From positions 1,736,001-1,800,000 of the forward strand of contig OX597829.1 in NCBI GenBank assembly GCA_951406725.2: DNA of 64,000 nucleotides. The letters are read 5' to 3'. Origin of the DNA: Octopus vulgaris (lineage: Eukaryota). The notes beneath the pieces were generated by a model that made no database searches, was not told the origin of the DNA, and was given only the letters and a program-made list of their open reading frames with translations. A program made the position numbers and the translations under genes. Shown here one piece after another: positions 25,432-38,163 of this stretch (its first letter is position 1; each line of letters begins with the position of its first letter).

Positions 25432-25853
25432 GGATATTTTCGGTTTGAACGACAGTTTTTTCTTGCGGTGTCATATGAAATTGTCACCCATAATTATGAC
25501 CCTAGTATCGATCTATTGCATTCCAATCTGTTTTAGGGTTAGGGTTAAGGGTGGAGGGAAGGGTATATTTTTTCTTCACAAATGTAAATAAACCCAATCT
25601 GTTTCTTAAACGAGGGACATATTCATACGGCACAGAATGTTTTTTTTTTACCTCAATAGACGTCATTGATTGGTTGAAAATTGCCGAAATTGAAGAAAAA
25701 AACAACAAATATCTTACAAACTATAGAATCTTCTCAATAAAGCCAAGTGAAAAAAAATGTTTTATAAACATATTCTACCAGTATACGAAGTTTAAAAGTG
25801 TTTAGTTACGTGGAAATTATTTTAAAAAACTGCCGTTCAAACCGAAAAGATCC
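25432..25853 (-). mobile_element. Merlin-like MITE (about 420 bp)
   Basis: TIR ggat(a/c)ttttcggtttgaacg(a/g)cagtttttt; perfect 8-bp TSD gagaggga; the empty site is visible in the paralogous host at about 45435-45460. Confidence 0.9.
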
Positions 25854-26288
25854 GAGAGGGATATCGTGGAACAGAGAAACTGTGGGTGATAGAGACATTA
25901 TCTTTGAATTCTGCATGCAAAAGCATAAGGTACAGGTATTCTTTTTCTTGGGAAAATTTTTTTGCTGACCAGTGTAATCACCTCGTGCTTATGAAGAAAT
26001 ATAGGAGAATGTAACTAAATATCTTCTACAAAAATCTCTCATGTTTTGTTTTCTATTATCTAAATCTAAAAATGGATACGATTACAAAATTACAAGACAC
26101 GAACGGAAATACTCATGGAGTTCTTAATACTGGTTATTTATCATGCAATCTAATGTTAAATTATTCTATACTAATATGCGAGCGTGGGTATATCTACGCC
26201 TATATATGTACTTACATACCGTTGTACTTACATATATAATCATACTTACATACCGCGTGCGCACGCATACGTACTCGCTCACTCACTC

Positions 26289-26319
<31 letters not shown>

Positions 26320-26382
26320 CACATATACACACAGACACATACACGCTCACACACACACACATACATACACATACATACATAG

Positions 26383-26574
26383 GAAGGAGTGCTGAAAAGT
26401 TCTTGGTTTAAGGGTATCGGGGAAAGATCTGGTTGGGGGCCCAATCTCCTGAGTTCTTTTACAGGGCTTAGGAAAACTGAAGGACCAGGGGGGGAATTTG
26501 TTCGATAAAATCATAATTAACTGATCCTCCGATAATTTCATTTATCCAAGGCCAGCAACTTTTCAGTACCCCTC
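26383..26574. mobile_element. Small Tc1/mariner-type MITE
   Basis: TIRs gaaggagtgctgaaaagtt / aacttttcagtacccctc. Confidence 0.65.
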
Positions 26575-26617
26575 CCCCCCTCCAACGTACATTCATACAT
26601 AAAAAGACACGATGGGG

Positions 26618-26784
26618 CTCAGAAAGAGAAAGGGCATCAATGCAAGAGCCTGTAACTGGTCACACGAAATGTTAGAAATCGTAATAAAATCTCATTCGTT
26701 TAAAAAGAAAAAAACGGGACTTAAAAATGGGACTTAAATATTTATGAAGTCTCAGATACATTATGATGAATGCAGGGACGAAGA
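26618..26784 (-). repeat. Inverted copy of 23476-23632
   Basis: caatgcaagagcctgtaactggtcaca.gaaatgttagaaatcgtaataaaatctcattcg...gacttaaatatttatgaagtc.cagatacattatgatg. Confidence 0.88.
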
Positions 26785-26814
26785 AAGCAAAGAAGCTCTG
26801 TTATAGTTGCTCTT

Positions 26815-27200
26815 GCTTTGATCCAAGTCAGTCTTGACCAGACTGACCTACAATCGAGCAGATTCCATATTAGATACATCTCAGTGACATACTCGATGTA
26901 TGGTACATGGATGTAACTAGGACCGCGTTATCTAATGTGTCCTTCCTTGCTGATCATTTTGTTTACTTCCAGGTCAGTCCTGATCCAACAGACCTACGAT
27001 CAAAGATGTTCCAGCCGTGACCCTCCCATCTTTTCATTCAGGCGTAATGTATCTCGGGCTACATTATCTAATGTATAGTAGTCTTAGAACCTATAGTGGT
27101 TGTTGTTTTGTATAGATTTGTCTTATAAAGATTTCCAATCGTGACCATCCCTTCTTAACATGCAAAATGTTTATTAAGACCACATTATCGAATATCATTT
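26815..27200 (+). repeat. Degenerate tandem copies of an old dispersed repeat (gacctacgatcaaagatgttccagccgtgaccatccc...acattatc)
   Basis: The motif recurs three times here and at about 21040-21100, 35480-35515, 36070-36140 and 36280-36340. Confidence 0.6.
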
Positions 27201-27230
27201 TCCTGTATTAAATATGGTGTTACATGGAAG

Positions 27231-27624
27231 GGATCTTTTCGGTTTGAACGGCAGTTTTTTAAAATGATTTCCACGTAACTAAACACTTTTAAACTTCGTA
27301 TACTGGTAGAATGTGTTTATAAAACATCTTTTCTCTTGGCTTTATTGATAAAATTCTATAGTTTGTAAGATATTTGTTGTTTCTTTTCTTCAATTTCTAC
27401 AATTTCAACCAATCAATGGCGTCTATTGAGGTAAAAAAAACATTCTGTGCCGTATGAATATGTCCCTCGTTTAAGAAACAGATTGGGTTTATTCACATTT
27501 GTGAAGAAAAAAAAGATACCCTTCCCCCCACCTCTAACCCTAACGCTAACCCTAAAAGAGATTGAAATGCAATAGATCGATATGACACCGCTAGTAAAAA
27601 CTGCCGTTCAAACCGAAAAGATCC
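27231..27624 (+). mobile_element. Merlin-like MITE
   Basis: Perfect TIR ggatcttttcggtttgaacggcagttttt; 8-bp TSD catggaag. Confidence 0.92.
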
Positions 27625-28028
27625 CATGGAAGATATTTGACTGCTGTTTCTTGTAAGTCAAGTGACCATATAGAGACACAATCGTCAGTTTGCAGTCAAC
27701 CGTGACAAGAGCGTAAGATAGAAGGGTCCTTCAAACGTTTAATAATCAGAAGTGGGTGGTGATGCGTAACAGTTTAGGAGTTTGAGTGACGGCGAGTCAG
27801 AGATATAATGACAAGTAGGAATTTTTAGGTTTATGGCTCGGTGGCGGTGGGGAGATGGTTATGGTAACTGGTAATGGCGATGGTGGTGCTGGTGTTGATG
27901 CCGGTGGCGGTGTTGGTGATGGTAGTAATATAAGTAGTTATGGTGATGATGATGATGACGATGCTATTGTTTGTGGTGGTGGAGCTGCTTCTGCAGGGTC
28001 TGTTTGTGGTGTGGTGGTAGCCATTAAA

Positions 28029-28260
28029 AGGCGGCGAGCTGGCAGAAACGTTAGCACGTCGGGCGAAATGCTTAACAGTGTTTCGTCTGCCGCTACGTTC
28101 TGAGTTCAAATTCCGCCGAGGTCGACTTTGCCTTTCATCCTTTCGGGGTCGATTAAATAAGTACCAGTTACGTACTGGGGTTGATATAATCGACTTAATC
28201 CGCTTGTCTGTCCTTGTTTGTCCACTCTGTGTTTAGCCCCTTGTGGGTAGTAAAGAAATA
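28029..28260 (+). mobile_element. SINE family A, full length
   Basis: aggcggcgagctggcagaaacg...gtagtaaagaaata; TSD ggtagccatt at 28016-28025 and 28261-28270. Confidence 0.92.
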
Positions 28261-28304
28261 GGTAGCCATTGTCGTTGCCATGTTAACAGTATTGCTCCTG
28301 CTAC

Positions 28305-28305
<1 letters not shown>

Positions 28306-28362
<57 letters not shown>

Positions 28363-29250
28363 AAGCAACAAGACGGGTAAGGGTGATTTCACTGCGTCCC
28401 TTCTGTAGGTTGGGAGACGTCTGGCAGGTCGGGAGCAGAAGTCCACTTTTCCCAGATCCGAAGGACAAGGAGAGGGTCACCGGCCAGAGTGTCTGGAGGG
28501 GTTGGCATTTGCGGCGGGCGATGGATCCGTGGACAGTCGTAGATGACATGTCCCGCCGTCTCCTCTCCCACTCCGAACTTTCTGCAGGTTCTGTCTATGG
28601 CTCGGTCGATCTTGTAGAGCCAGTTCTTGAGGTCCGGGTGATGACCCCTTCTAAGTCGGCTGAGTGTCACCTGCTGCTGCCTGGTTAGAGACGAATCAGT
28701 GGCTTTGCTTACTTTATCTCCATGGTCGCCGTAGATCCTCCTGACTCTTTCGTGTTTGAAGGGAAATGGTTTAAGTGCCCGGTGGATCGCTGCGTCGTAG
28801 TGGTGGTGGGCGGTTGACTGGTCTCCTTTAGTGCCGGCTTTTGCCTTCCCGTCTGCCAAGTCGTTGCCGGGGATTCCGCAATGGCTAGGGCACCAGGTGA
28901 AGGTTACCTGGCACCCGTTGTCACTGAGGTTTGAAAGGAGGATGACGATTTCAAGTTCGTCTTCGGTCTTGAGGGGTAGTGATGGGTGAACTGCTTTAAT
29001 CTTCTGCAAAGCGGAGAGTGGAGAGGCTGTCACTGACAATTCGCACTCTCGAGACACCTTCTTATGTCAGGACTTCTTGAAGGGCCTTTTTGATCGCTTT
29101 TAGCTCGGATTGGAAGGAGTCGCACCATTTGCCGGTAGGGATTGCAAAAGATCGGTGGATCTGGGGATCACTTGGATGGCCGGTGGTGACTATGACGCCT
29201 CCGTCGCCAGTTGCGTTACCGTCTAATGCAGAGCCTGCTGCAGCCACTGC
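28306..29250 (-). pseudogene. I-group non-LTR retrotransposon 3' part (RNase H + C-terminal zinc knuckle) with (AAC)n tail
   Basis: SFQSELKAIKKAL, SALQKI, TFTWCPSHCGIPGNDLADGKAK (RNase H), LSRLRRGH, CRKFGVGEETAGHVIYDCP (CCHC, one Cys lost); broken frame; short UTR then (caa)n. Confidence 0.88.
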
Positions 29251-29384
29251 AGCCAGCGAGAAGGATGTTCATACACGCTGACCTTAAAACGTCCCTCTCT
29301 AACTTTCCCAGTCTGTCCTACTACACCCAACAAGAAATATAAATATATATATATATATATCTATATCACTTTACCATTAAAAAA

Positions 29385-30061
29385 AAGGCAGCAAGTATTT
29401 GCATATATCGAAAAAGGTCTTTCTATGTTCGTGGATTTGGATCCAAATGCTCCACGTCTTTCCAAGATTATGGGGGCTTGTCACGAAGCTTTTGCTCCTT
29501 ATAATGTAATCCTTGAGGAAAGAAGACAATTCAAGGAACTCTCAACCAGTTTTTTAAGCGCATCGAACAACAAGAACAACTAGAGTCAGCTGTTGATGTT
29601 GACGATCCACAGCCATGTATACCCCCCCCAAAAAATTGTATATACGTATTGGTAAATCTAAAATAATTTAGTTTTTTTTTACTATAGCACAATAATGATA
29701 ATTACTGAATTTGTTTTTTAAAATTTAAAAAGGCTTTCATTTTACTATGTCTTATTGCAAAGCACATTCATAAATAAAGTGATCGCAATGTACGGTAAAC
29801 ACCGCCAAATCGTATTTCTAAATTTAGATTATTATTTTCTTTTTCTGTATTATATTAAAAAGTAAGAATCATTTGTTTGTAAGCTTAAAATAGGTTTTAT
29901 TAAACATGTAATATTGAAAATGCATTCATAAAGTACAGAACTGGGAATGATTATCGGTTTAGCTTAGAGACAAGTAAATTTGGCCTAGACTAGAGACAAG
30001 TTAATTCGACTTAAGCCATGTCTCCTGGAACCGATTAACGACGTAGGGTGAGGTATGCCTG
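29385..30061 (+). mobile_element. Tigger/pogo DNA transposon, 3' remnant
   Basis: QVFAYIEKGLSMFVDLDPNAPRLSKI..EAFAPYNVILEE..LNQFFKR resembles the Tigger1 C-terminus; right TIR gaggtatgcctg|ta (CAGGCATACCTC). Confidence 0.8.
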
Positions 30062-30063
30062 TA

Positions 30064-30500
30064 TATTAATATAACAAATTTTTTTTTAAAAATAATAAAA
30101 ACATACAATCAATGAAGAGACAGAAGAAACAGTAAGATTTATACATGTTGATTTTATTAGGTATTTCTTTTTTTATTTAGAAACCTACAATGAAATTAAG
30201 CATTTCTGTTTATATAGAAGCCTAAAATGAACAAGTCAGATGTTAAACTATAAGTTTCACAGGATACAACCTTAAAGTTGACATCGCTCTGCTAAACGCA
30301 GAAAATTTCTGTCTCGCTATTGGTTAAAAATACAGTTTTTCCGATTTTTAAATCTCTGAAACTTTTACCTCCAATTTTTTTCTCCACAACATCATACCTT
30401 TGTAGCAATGAGACAGGAAGACTACAATATTATAGCCGATTTTCAGTTTTTTTAAAATTTCCTTTTAAAAAATGCATATTTTGCGAATGAAAAAGACTAG
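30064..30500 (+). repeat. Unclassified dispersed repeat of about 400 bp (second copy at 45748-46150)
   Basis: catacaatcaatgaagagac...gaaacctacaatgaa...taaacgcagaa.atttctgtctcg...agcaatgagac.ggaa...aatgcatattttg shared by both copies. Confidence 0.85.
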
Positions 30501-30504
30501 ATCC

Positions 30505-30579
<75 letters not shown>

Positions 30580-30584
<5 letters not shown>

Positions 30585-30720
30585 TGAAATTTGCAGAAAA
30601 ACAAAATACAAAGACAGGTGTATACACAGCAAGCAGGTGTATTAGTTTGATTCGGGAATGTGAGAAAGTCTTTTACGTTTCGAGCCTATGCTCTTCAACA
30701 GAAATGAATGAGAGAAAATA
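30580..30720 (-). mobile_element. Penelope-like terminus (related subfamily) with hammerhead-like motif at about 30669-30704
   Basis: gtcttttacgtttcgagcctatgctcttcaacagaaa matches the 11677-11714 motif; abuts (TA)n. Confidence 0.75.
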
Positions 30721-30721
30721 A

Positions 30722-30760
<39 letters not shown>

Positions 30761-31540
30761 AAGCTTGTGAACTTAGCGGTGAGGTGAGCCCTTAAATGCA
30801 AAACAAGGTGGAAAAAATAGTACTCGAATACCAATACATCCAGTTTTTATCACAACAATCCGGCGAACCATAAAAGGCTGGGTTCAACAGAGGGTTGCCA
30901 ATCTTATCCTTTATTTCTTTGCTTTATGACGATGCACTGGCAGAATCGTTAGCACACCGTCTGTAACTTTCTAGGTTCAAATTCCATCCAGATGGACTTT
31001 ACCATATCGTCCTTTGGAAGTCAATAAAATAAGCGCCTGCCTAGTTCGAAGGTCGGTGTTATTAACTTTCCCTTCCATTCAAAAATATTAAGTCTCTGCC
31101 AGAATTTGAAACCATGTATTTACTGACTCACAGCAAGCGGTCATTTGGCACAGGCGTTAGAGTATTCGATGAAAACTGTATTTATTCTTGCGCCGTATGA
31201 CCTGAGATCAAATCCTGCCGTGGTCACCTTTGAATTTTATTGTTTCGGATCAATAAAATATCACCGTGTTCACTTGGTGAGACCACGAAATCAAGGCAGA
31301 TAAAATCCATTATTATTTAAATATTATGTAAATTGGAAACACAGATTTACATATGTAATATATTCATAGTACTTAGTTCTATTGATAACTTACTTGTGCG
31401 TTAATAGTGTAATGTGTAGTTTTGTGTAGTAATACAGAATACATCTAATAGATATTAGCCAACACCTCTACAACTATCTTTGGATATATGAAGTACGCGC
31501 TCTAAACCAATACCAATTGTTTGCCAGTTCATACATATAT

Positions 31541-31940
31541 GCGCATGCGTGGTTGTGTGGTAAGGAGCTTGCTTCCCGACCACATGTTTCGGACACAGTC
31601 CAACTGCGTGGCACCTTGAGTAAGTGTATTCTGCAATGGCGTCGAGCTGAGTGGATTTGGTGAACGGAAACTGAAAGCCCACCGTGCGCGCGTGTGTGTT
31701 TGTATGTCTGTGTTTGTGTTTGTTCTCCATCACCGCTTGACAACTGGTGATGGTGTGTTTACGTCCCCGTAACTTAGCTCTTCGGCAAAAGAAACCGATA
31801 GAATAAGTGCCAGGCTTGAAAAAAAAAATAAATAAAAAGATATGGGGTCGATCCATTCGACTGAAAAAAAAAAAACCAATTCTTCAAGGCAGTTCCCCAG
31901 CATGGCCGCAGTCTAATGACTGAAGCAAGTAAAAGATAAA
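31541..31940 (+). mobile_element. SINE family B
   Basis: gtggttgtgtggtaag...ctgcgtggcaccttgagtaagtg...cagcatggccgcagtc.aatgactgaa. Confidence 0.85.
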
Positions 31941-33229
31941 TGATTAAAGGTACAAGTTCTATTTCGAATCTTACTCGTGTTGACTTTGTCTTTGACACAC
32001 GGAAAGCTCATATAAAATGAACACCTGACGACGACCCACAGTCCATATAATAGACTAAAACTTTTACAGATAATGCCTCAGCATGGCCACACTCCACTAC
32101 CTGAAAGCAGTAAAAGAATAAAACGACCAAATGATCTACATGATGGTAGTCCATTGTCATATCGGATGAGGTGGCCACCCAACACCAACCATACATCATT
32201 GTGTCGTTGGTTGATATCAAGTCAGTGGGCTACAACTGTAAGTAGCGGCAATAAATCAGCTAAGATCGAGACGTCTGATTCAGTTTGTGACATAGACAAG
32301 TCGTAAATATACTATAAAACAAAATATGACCTGCTCTGGTCTTAGAACAAAATTCTGTTGCCGATTCATAGTTAGGTATCATATGGCAAAGAAAAAAGTT
32401 TGTAGATACAGCAGAGAAAGAGAAGAATGCCTGAAGCCGTCAGGGTTTGTGTGTATGTGTGTTGTGTATTTAGGGTTTTGTAAATTTTTATTGTTTCCTA
32501 GTATAGATGTAGTGGCTCCGGGGGTTGGCCGATGGCCTGATGTCCCCTCCCCCCACCCCCAGCCTGACACCATCCAATTTGTTTATTGCAGCTTCAGTGT
32601 TATATAGTTTTATGGATTAGTTGGTGGAAGAGGCAGAAAGCATCCATGACCTTTTGTGGGAAAGAAAGAAAGGAGAACGATGTGGAAGGGGGGGAGAGGA
32701 GGAGGAGGAGGAAGAGGAAGACAGTGAAGGAGGATACCTCAACAACTAGAACGATGTTGTAGGAAATGATGCATCAATAATATATTAGATTATATTTTAC
32801 TCAGACCCGACATCGGGTCCGAAAACTTACTTCCTGAGGGCCGGCCGGGTGGATTTGTTAAAACAAGATTCAGACAAACCAAAATCCATAAGTATTGATC
32901 AGTCTAAACCAATCAATCGATTTACTTACTTCCACTTTCATTAGTTTATTCATAAACAGGGTAGAACACATTTTTATCCACACGCAACCGGGACAGGAAA
33001 AAATAACTGTTTTAACGCTCTCAAAACCATCTATCTATCACACACACACGCACACACACACACACACACACACACGCATGCACACACTCGCACACAAACA
33101 CACACACACACGCAAACGCACACACACACACAAGTTGAAGACTGAAAGTTGGTGTATTATATTTCATTCTTAAGTTTGGAGCATTTCGGCATCAACAATA
33201 TAATATAATATAAATTTCTGTATTGCTTT

Positions 33230-33690
33230 CAAATTTTGGGACAAGGCTAGCAATTTTGAGGGAGTCAATTTCTTTGACCCCGTGTTCAACTGGGAATTGT
33301 TTTAATGACTCGAAGAGATGAAAGGCAAAGTTGATTTTGGCGTAACTCAGAGCGTAAAGGCAAGCGAAATGCCGCTAAGCTTGTCGCCCGGCGTGCTGAC
33401 TATTCTGCCACTTCGCCACCTTTTAATGAATTTCTTATACTCTTTTCTACTCTAGGCACAAGGCCTGAGATTTTGGGGGAGGGTCCAGTCCATTAGATCG
33501 ACCCCAGTACGCAAATGGTGCTTAATTTATGGACCACGAAAGGATGAAAGGCAAAGGCACTGAGGTCGACCTCGAAAGGATGAAAAGAAAAAGGGAGTGA
33601 GATCGATTGTTCGATTAAACCCTTTAAGACGATCTTCCAGCATGGCCGCAGTCCAATCAATCAGTGAAACAAGAGAAATCAAAAGAAAGA
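33230..33690 (-). mobile_element. Cluster of diverged SINE A copies (minus strand) plus a SINE B tail
   Basis: gatgaaaggcaaag, aactcagagcg and cgcccggcgtgct motifs. Confidence 0.7.
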
Positions 33691-34080
33691 ATCACAGCAA
33701 CTGGAAATTATTTGCGAAAATTTGGTCTTAGATAAAAATAAAATTTAAAAAGATAAAACAGAACGAAACGACCATCCTAAGGCTTCGTTCCAAGATACCA
33801 CGATTTCTGTTTATATTTGGGCTTTTCAACCAGGATCCATAAGATCCATAAGATCCTGTTAAAAATTTACCTGCAATAAACTGGTAATACACAAAATAAT
33901 TTAACACACAAAATAATTTAACCTTTTTAAAATACATTTCCTAATAACGAATTTAATTCTTAAAATATAATACAGTGGCTATGAAGGTCCACTCATACAT
34001 ACATACATATGTATATATATATGTATGTATATTGATTGATTCTAGTTTCAGCTCACGAGCTGTGGCCATGCTGGGGCACC

Positions 34081-34112
<32 letters not shown>

Positions 34113-34115
<3 letters not shown>

Positions 34116-34200
34116 CGGGAAGCTTTATGAAAATAAACAAAAGACGAAGGCAGGTGGAATACAAACAAACAATTGTATTAGTATGGCGCTCAGGAATAGA
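34113..34200 (-). mobile_element. Short solo Penelope-like 3' terminus in (TA)n
   Basis: taacgggaagctttatgaaaataaacaaaagacgaaggcaggtgg...attagtatggcgctcagga, reverse complement of 57328-57410. Confidence 0.85.
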
Positions 34201-34215
34201 AATATATATACATTC

Positions 34216-34287
<72 letters not shown>

Positions 34288-34341
34288 ATATATAGTATAT
34301 ATATAAGAAAAAGGTTTGAAAATGCAATTTAATATATACTC

Positions 34342-34393
<52 letters not shown>

Positions 34394-34414
34394 ATATGTA
34401 TGTATGTATATATC

Positions 34415-34451
<37 letters not shown>

Positions 34452-35124
34452 GTAATAACATACATATAATATAATATTAAAAACAATAGTCCTCGGATGG
34501 AATTTATAAACATTATATATATATATATATATGTATGCATGTATGTACACACGCGCACACACTTTATACACACACAAGTATACATATACATATACATACA
34601 TCACTGTTTCAAATATACATGTGTGTATTTGCCATGTATGTTTAATGGTGTTTATGTTTATTGACATGTTTGTTTATACGCATCCGTTGTTACAAACTCG
34701 CTATTTTTTCCCTCTTCTCGTAGGATGTGTGTGTATCTATGTATGTGTATATGTTTGTGTGTGTGTGTGTGCGTGTGTGTGTGTGTGTGTGTGTGACTGC
34801 GCGCGCGCGTGCACGTCACGTTAATAAATGTCTTGGGAAAGAACGAACCTTATACCGGGTTCGTTTGCGTATTTCCGAGTGCTTGAAGGAATACACAATC
34901 GTAAATAAGTTGGATGTGACCGCTGACCGCTGACCTGGGTATATAAAACCACCACCACCACCACAACAACAACAACAAACACACTGATAACAACGGCAAT
35001 GAAGATGGTGACTATTTGTTTGCTTAAGTGCCAATTCTCTATCACATCATATGACCCACCTCTTGTCTTTCCTTCGTTTCTCCTTCTTTTCTTTCCCCAT
35101 CATCCTATTTTGTATGAATGTGTA

Positions 35125-35169
<45 letters not shown>

Positions 35170-35224
35170 GTCTGTGTATATATATATATATATATATGTG
35201 TGTATATATATCTCCACACACACA

Positions 35225-35257
<33 letters not shown>

Positions 35258-35562
35258 ATACGCACACATGCGCACATATATATTACAATCTTGGTGAATA
35301 TCTTTCAAGATAATGTGGTTTTGTATCAAAATACTTAAAGCTTGTCTTCCGTTATCGGATTGAAAGATTTCTTAAAGCTATCAAGTAACAAACATGACAA
35401 CGATGACTTGTAAATATGTCGTTAGAAATGGTTTTAAGGAATTACATTTTGTTTTATTATCCCAAGTAAGACTTGGTGCAACAGATCTATAATAATAATC
35501 CGGCCGTGACCATTTCTTTCATTATAAAAACAAGTGTTTCTATGGCTTTTTAAAAAATATTA

Positions 35563-35982
35563 AGGCGGTGAGCTGGCAGAATCGTTAGCACGCCGGCGAA
35601 TTGCTTAGCGGTATTTCGTGTGCCGTTACGTTCTGAGTTCAAATTCCGCCGAGGTCGACTTTGCCTTTCATCCTTTCGGGGTCGATAAATTAAGTACCAG
35701 TTACGCACTGGGGTCGATGTAATCGACTTAATCTGTTTGTCTGTCCTTGTTTGTCCCCTCTGTGTTTAGCCCCTTGTGGGTAATAAAGAAATAGAAATAG
35801 GTATTTCGTCTGCCGTTACGTTCTGAGTTCAAATTTCACCGAGGTCGATTTTGCCTTTCATCCTTTCGGGGTCGATAAATTAAGGACCAGTTACGCACTT
35901 GGGTCGATGTAATCGACTTAATCCGTTTGTCTGTCCTTGTTTGTCCCCTTTATGTTTGGCCCCATGTGGGCAATAAAGAAAT
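35563..35982 (+). mobile_element. SINE family A tandem dimer
   Basis: Full unit, then restart at aaatag|gtatttcgtctgccg; flanked by a 25-bp duplication ataaaaacaagtgtttc(t/c)atggctt (35524-35548, 35996-36020). Confidence 0.92.
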
Positions 35983-36576
35983 TCTTTTTTAAATCATAAA
36001 AACAAGTGTTTCCATGGCTTCATTCTCTGTTGCCTTATATAGTATTGTTGTTGTTGTTTAGTTGGGCGATACAGACATTCAGTTGTGACCATCCAGACTT
36101 TTTGAATATGGTGTTTATCAGACTATATTACCCTACGTATCCTTCTCATTTAAGGCAGCAGAATGTGATTTGAGAGAGTTTTGGCTATTGCTTCCAGCAG
36201 ATCGATTGACCGAATATAGACCCATCATATCGAATCGTGCATCTACTAGTATTTACTGTTATTGTTGTTTAACTCCAAGCAGCTCTGATCCAGTGGCTAC
36301 ACATCATCAACTCAATACACCCATGACCATCCCGCATTTTCTCGAGTTGGTGGTATTTCAATGGAACATTTATTTAGAGTGTGATTTGACTAGCAGACCC
36401 AGCGACTATTGAGAATAGTATTTCTCAAATTATGTACCCCACATCCCATTTCGATATTCTAAGAAAACGTTCTCCCCATCCTAAACAGACAAAACACTCA
36501 CCAAATACACTCACTAAAATTTCTGTTAAAACAAGCATAAAACTAAGTGTTTCCTTCATATCATTCTCATAGTAAT

Positions 36577-37052
36577 GTGAGTGGATTTGGTAGACAGAAA
36601 CTGAAAGAAGCCCGTCGTATGTATGTATATATATGTGTGTATGTGTGTGTGTGTGTGTGTGTGTTTGTGTGTCTGTGTTTGTCCCCCCCCCCCAACATCG
36701 CTTGACAAACTTAACTTAGCGGTTCAGCAAAAGAGACCGATAGAATAAGTACTGGGCTTACAAAGAATAAGTCCTGGAGTCGATGTGTTCGACTAGAGGC
36801 GGTGCTCCAGCATGGCCACAGTCAAATGACTGAAACAAGTAAAAGAGTAAAGAGGAATTATGTTTGTCCCCCCACCATCGCTTGACAACCGATGCTGGTG
36901 TGTTTACGTCCCCGTAACTTAGCGGTTCGGCAGAAGAGACCGATAGAATAAGTACTGGGCTTACAAAGAATAAGTCCTGGGGATCGATGATTTGCTCGAC
37001 TAAAGGCGGTGCTCCAGCATGGCCACAGTCACATGACTGAAACAAGTAAAAA
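36577..37052 (+). mobile_element. SINE family B with duplicated 3' half
   Basis: Two successive tgtttgtccccc...atgactgaaacaagtaaaa units. Confidence 0.88.
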
Positions 37053-37978
37053 AAAAATCATATGGAGTATCGATATATTTCCAATAACGTCATTACAATA
37101 TTTTCGATTTTCTAGTTTTCTCTGTTTATTGTTTCTTGAGTGTATATATGTTTAATTAAACTCAATGCTTATTAGTTTATTCTATAATTAAGTGTAATTT
37201 GAGTTGTTTCCAAGTAACGAGCTTGTTGGTCATTTAATTACAATAGATTATTTAGCCTCTTTGTAGTTAGGACATGTTATTAATTATTTGCATTATTTAT
37301 AGATGTATATTTCTGCGTATATCTTATCTTATCTTATCTAGTTTCAGCTCTCGAGCTGTGGCCATGCTGGGGCACCGCCATATACATTTTTATTTATAAT
37401 TCTTTAATTTGGTTTCATTCTAATTCTCTATTTTATTGCCTAATTTTAACAAGCAATTTATTTGCTTGATATTTATGTTTTATAGTATTGAATATATTTC
37501 ATAGGTATTGATCTAAGATTGACCTTTTCCTTGTACATTTTTCGAGGAAGTTGTTTATGAGATATATACTGATCCATTACTCTTTTCATTAGGCTTGGTT
37601 TTAGTTTCGTATCATGTTTGTGATGTGATGATGTTGATTGAAAAACAAAGTATTTAGTAGTCCAATGTTCGTGCTATTCTCTGAAAGTCCGTTTTCGGAT
37701 AGATGTTTTATTATAAGTACAATTTTGTAAATATAACTTAATAGCACTAGTCTAATTTAGTGTTAGTTGTAGTAATAAGGTGATGGATTCCCAGACAACA
37801 CCTTTCATTCCTTCTCTATCTCCGCTTCTCTCTCTCCCTCTCTCTCTCTCTCTATCTATCTATCGCTTTCTCCTTTCCTTTTTCTTTCTCTCTGTCTCTT
37901 TCACTCGCTTTCTCTCTCTCTCTCACACACACTTGTTATTTATCTATCTATCTATCTTTCTCTTTCTTCCTCTCACTT

Positions 37979-38027
<49 letters not shown>

Positions 38028-38050
38028 TACGCCATTTACTTCTTTCTCTT

Positions 38051-38085
<35 letters not shown>

Positions 38086-38163
38086 GAGATAACTCTGATT
38101 TTATTGAATATATCTCCCTCGACTATTATATACTCTCAACAGTGTTACCCATCCTATTACAAA

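Larger units (their letters stand above)
24536..25974 (-). mobile_element. Chapaev3 (CMC group) DNA transposon, 5' half
   Basis: Minus-strand terminus TTA|CACTGGTCAGCAAA (CAC end, TWA target) plus a transposase remnant; interrupted by the MITE at 25432-25853. Confidence 0.8.

Noticed and set aside
25530-25556. Telomere or chromosome-fusion remnant (TTAGGG)
   Set aside because: Only 2-4 units, and always at the same internal position of the MITE.
33730-33900. Possible minus-strand exon
   Set aside because: An acceptor-like site exists, but there is no good donor and no recognisable peptide.
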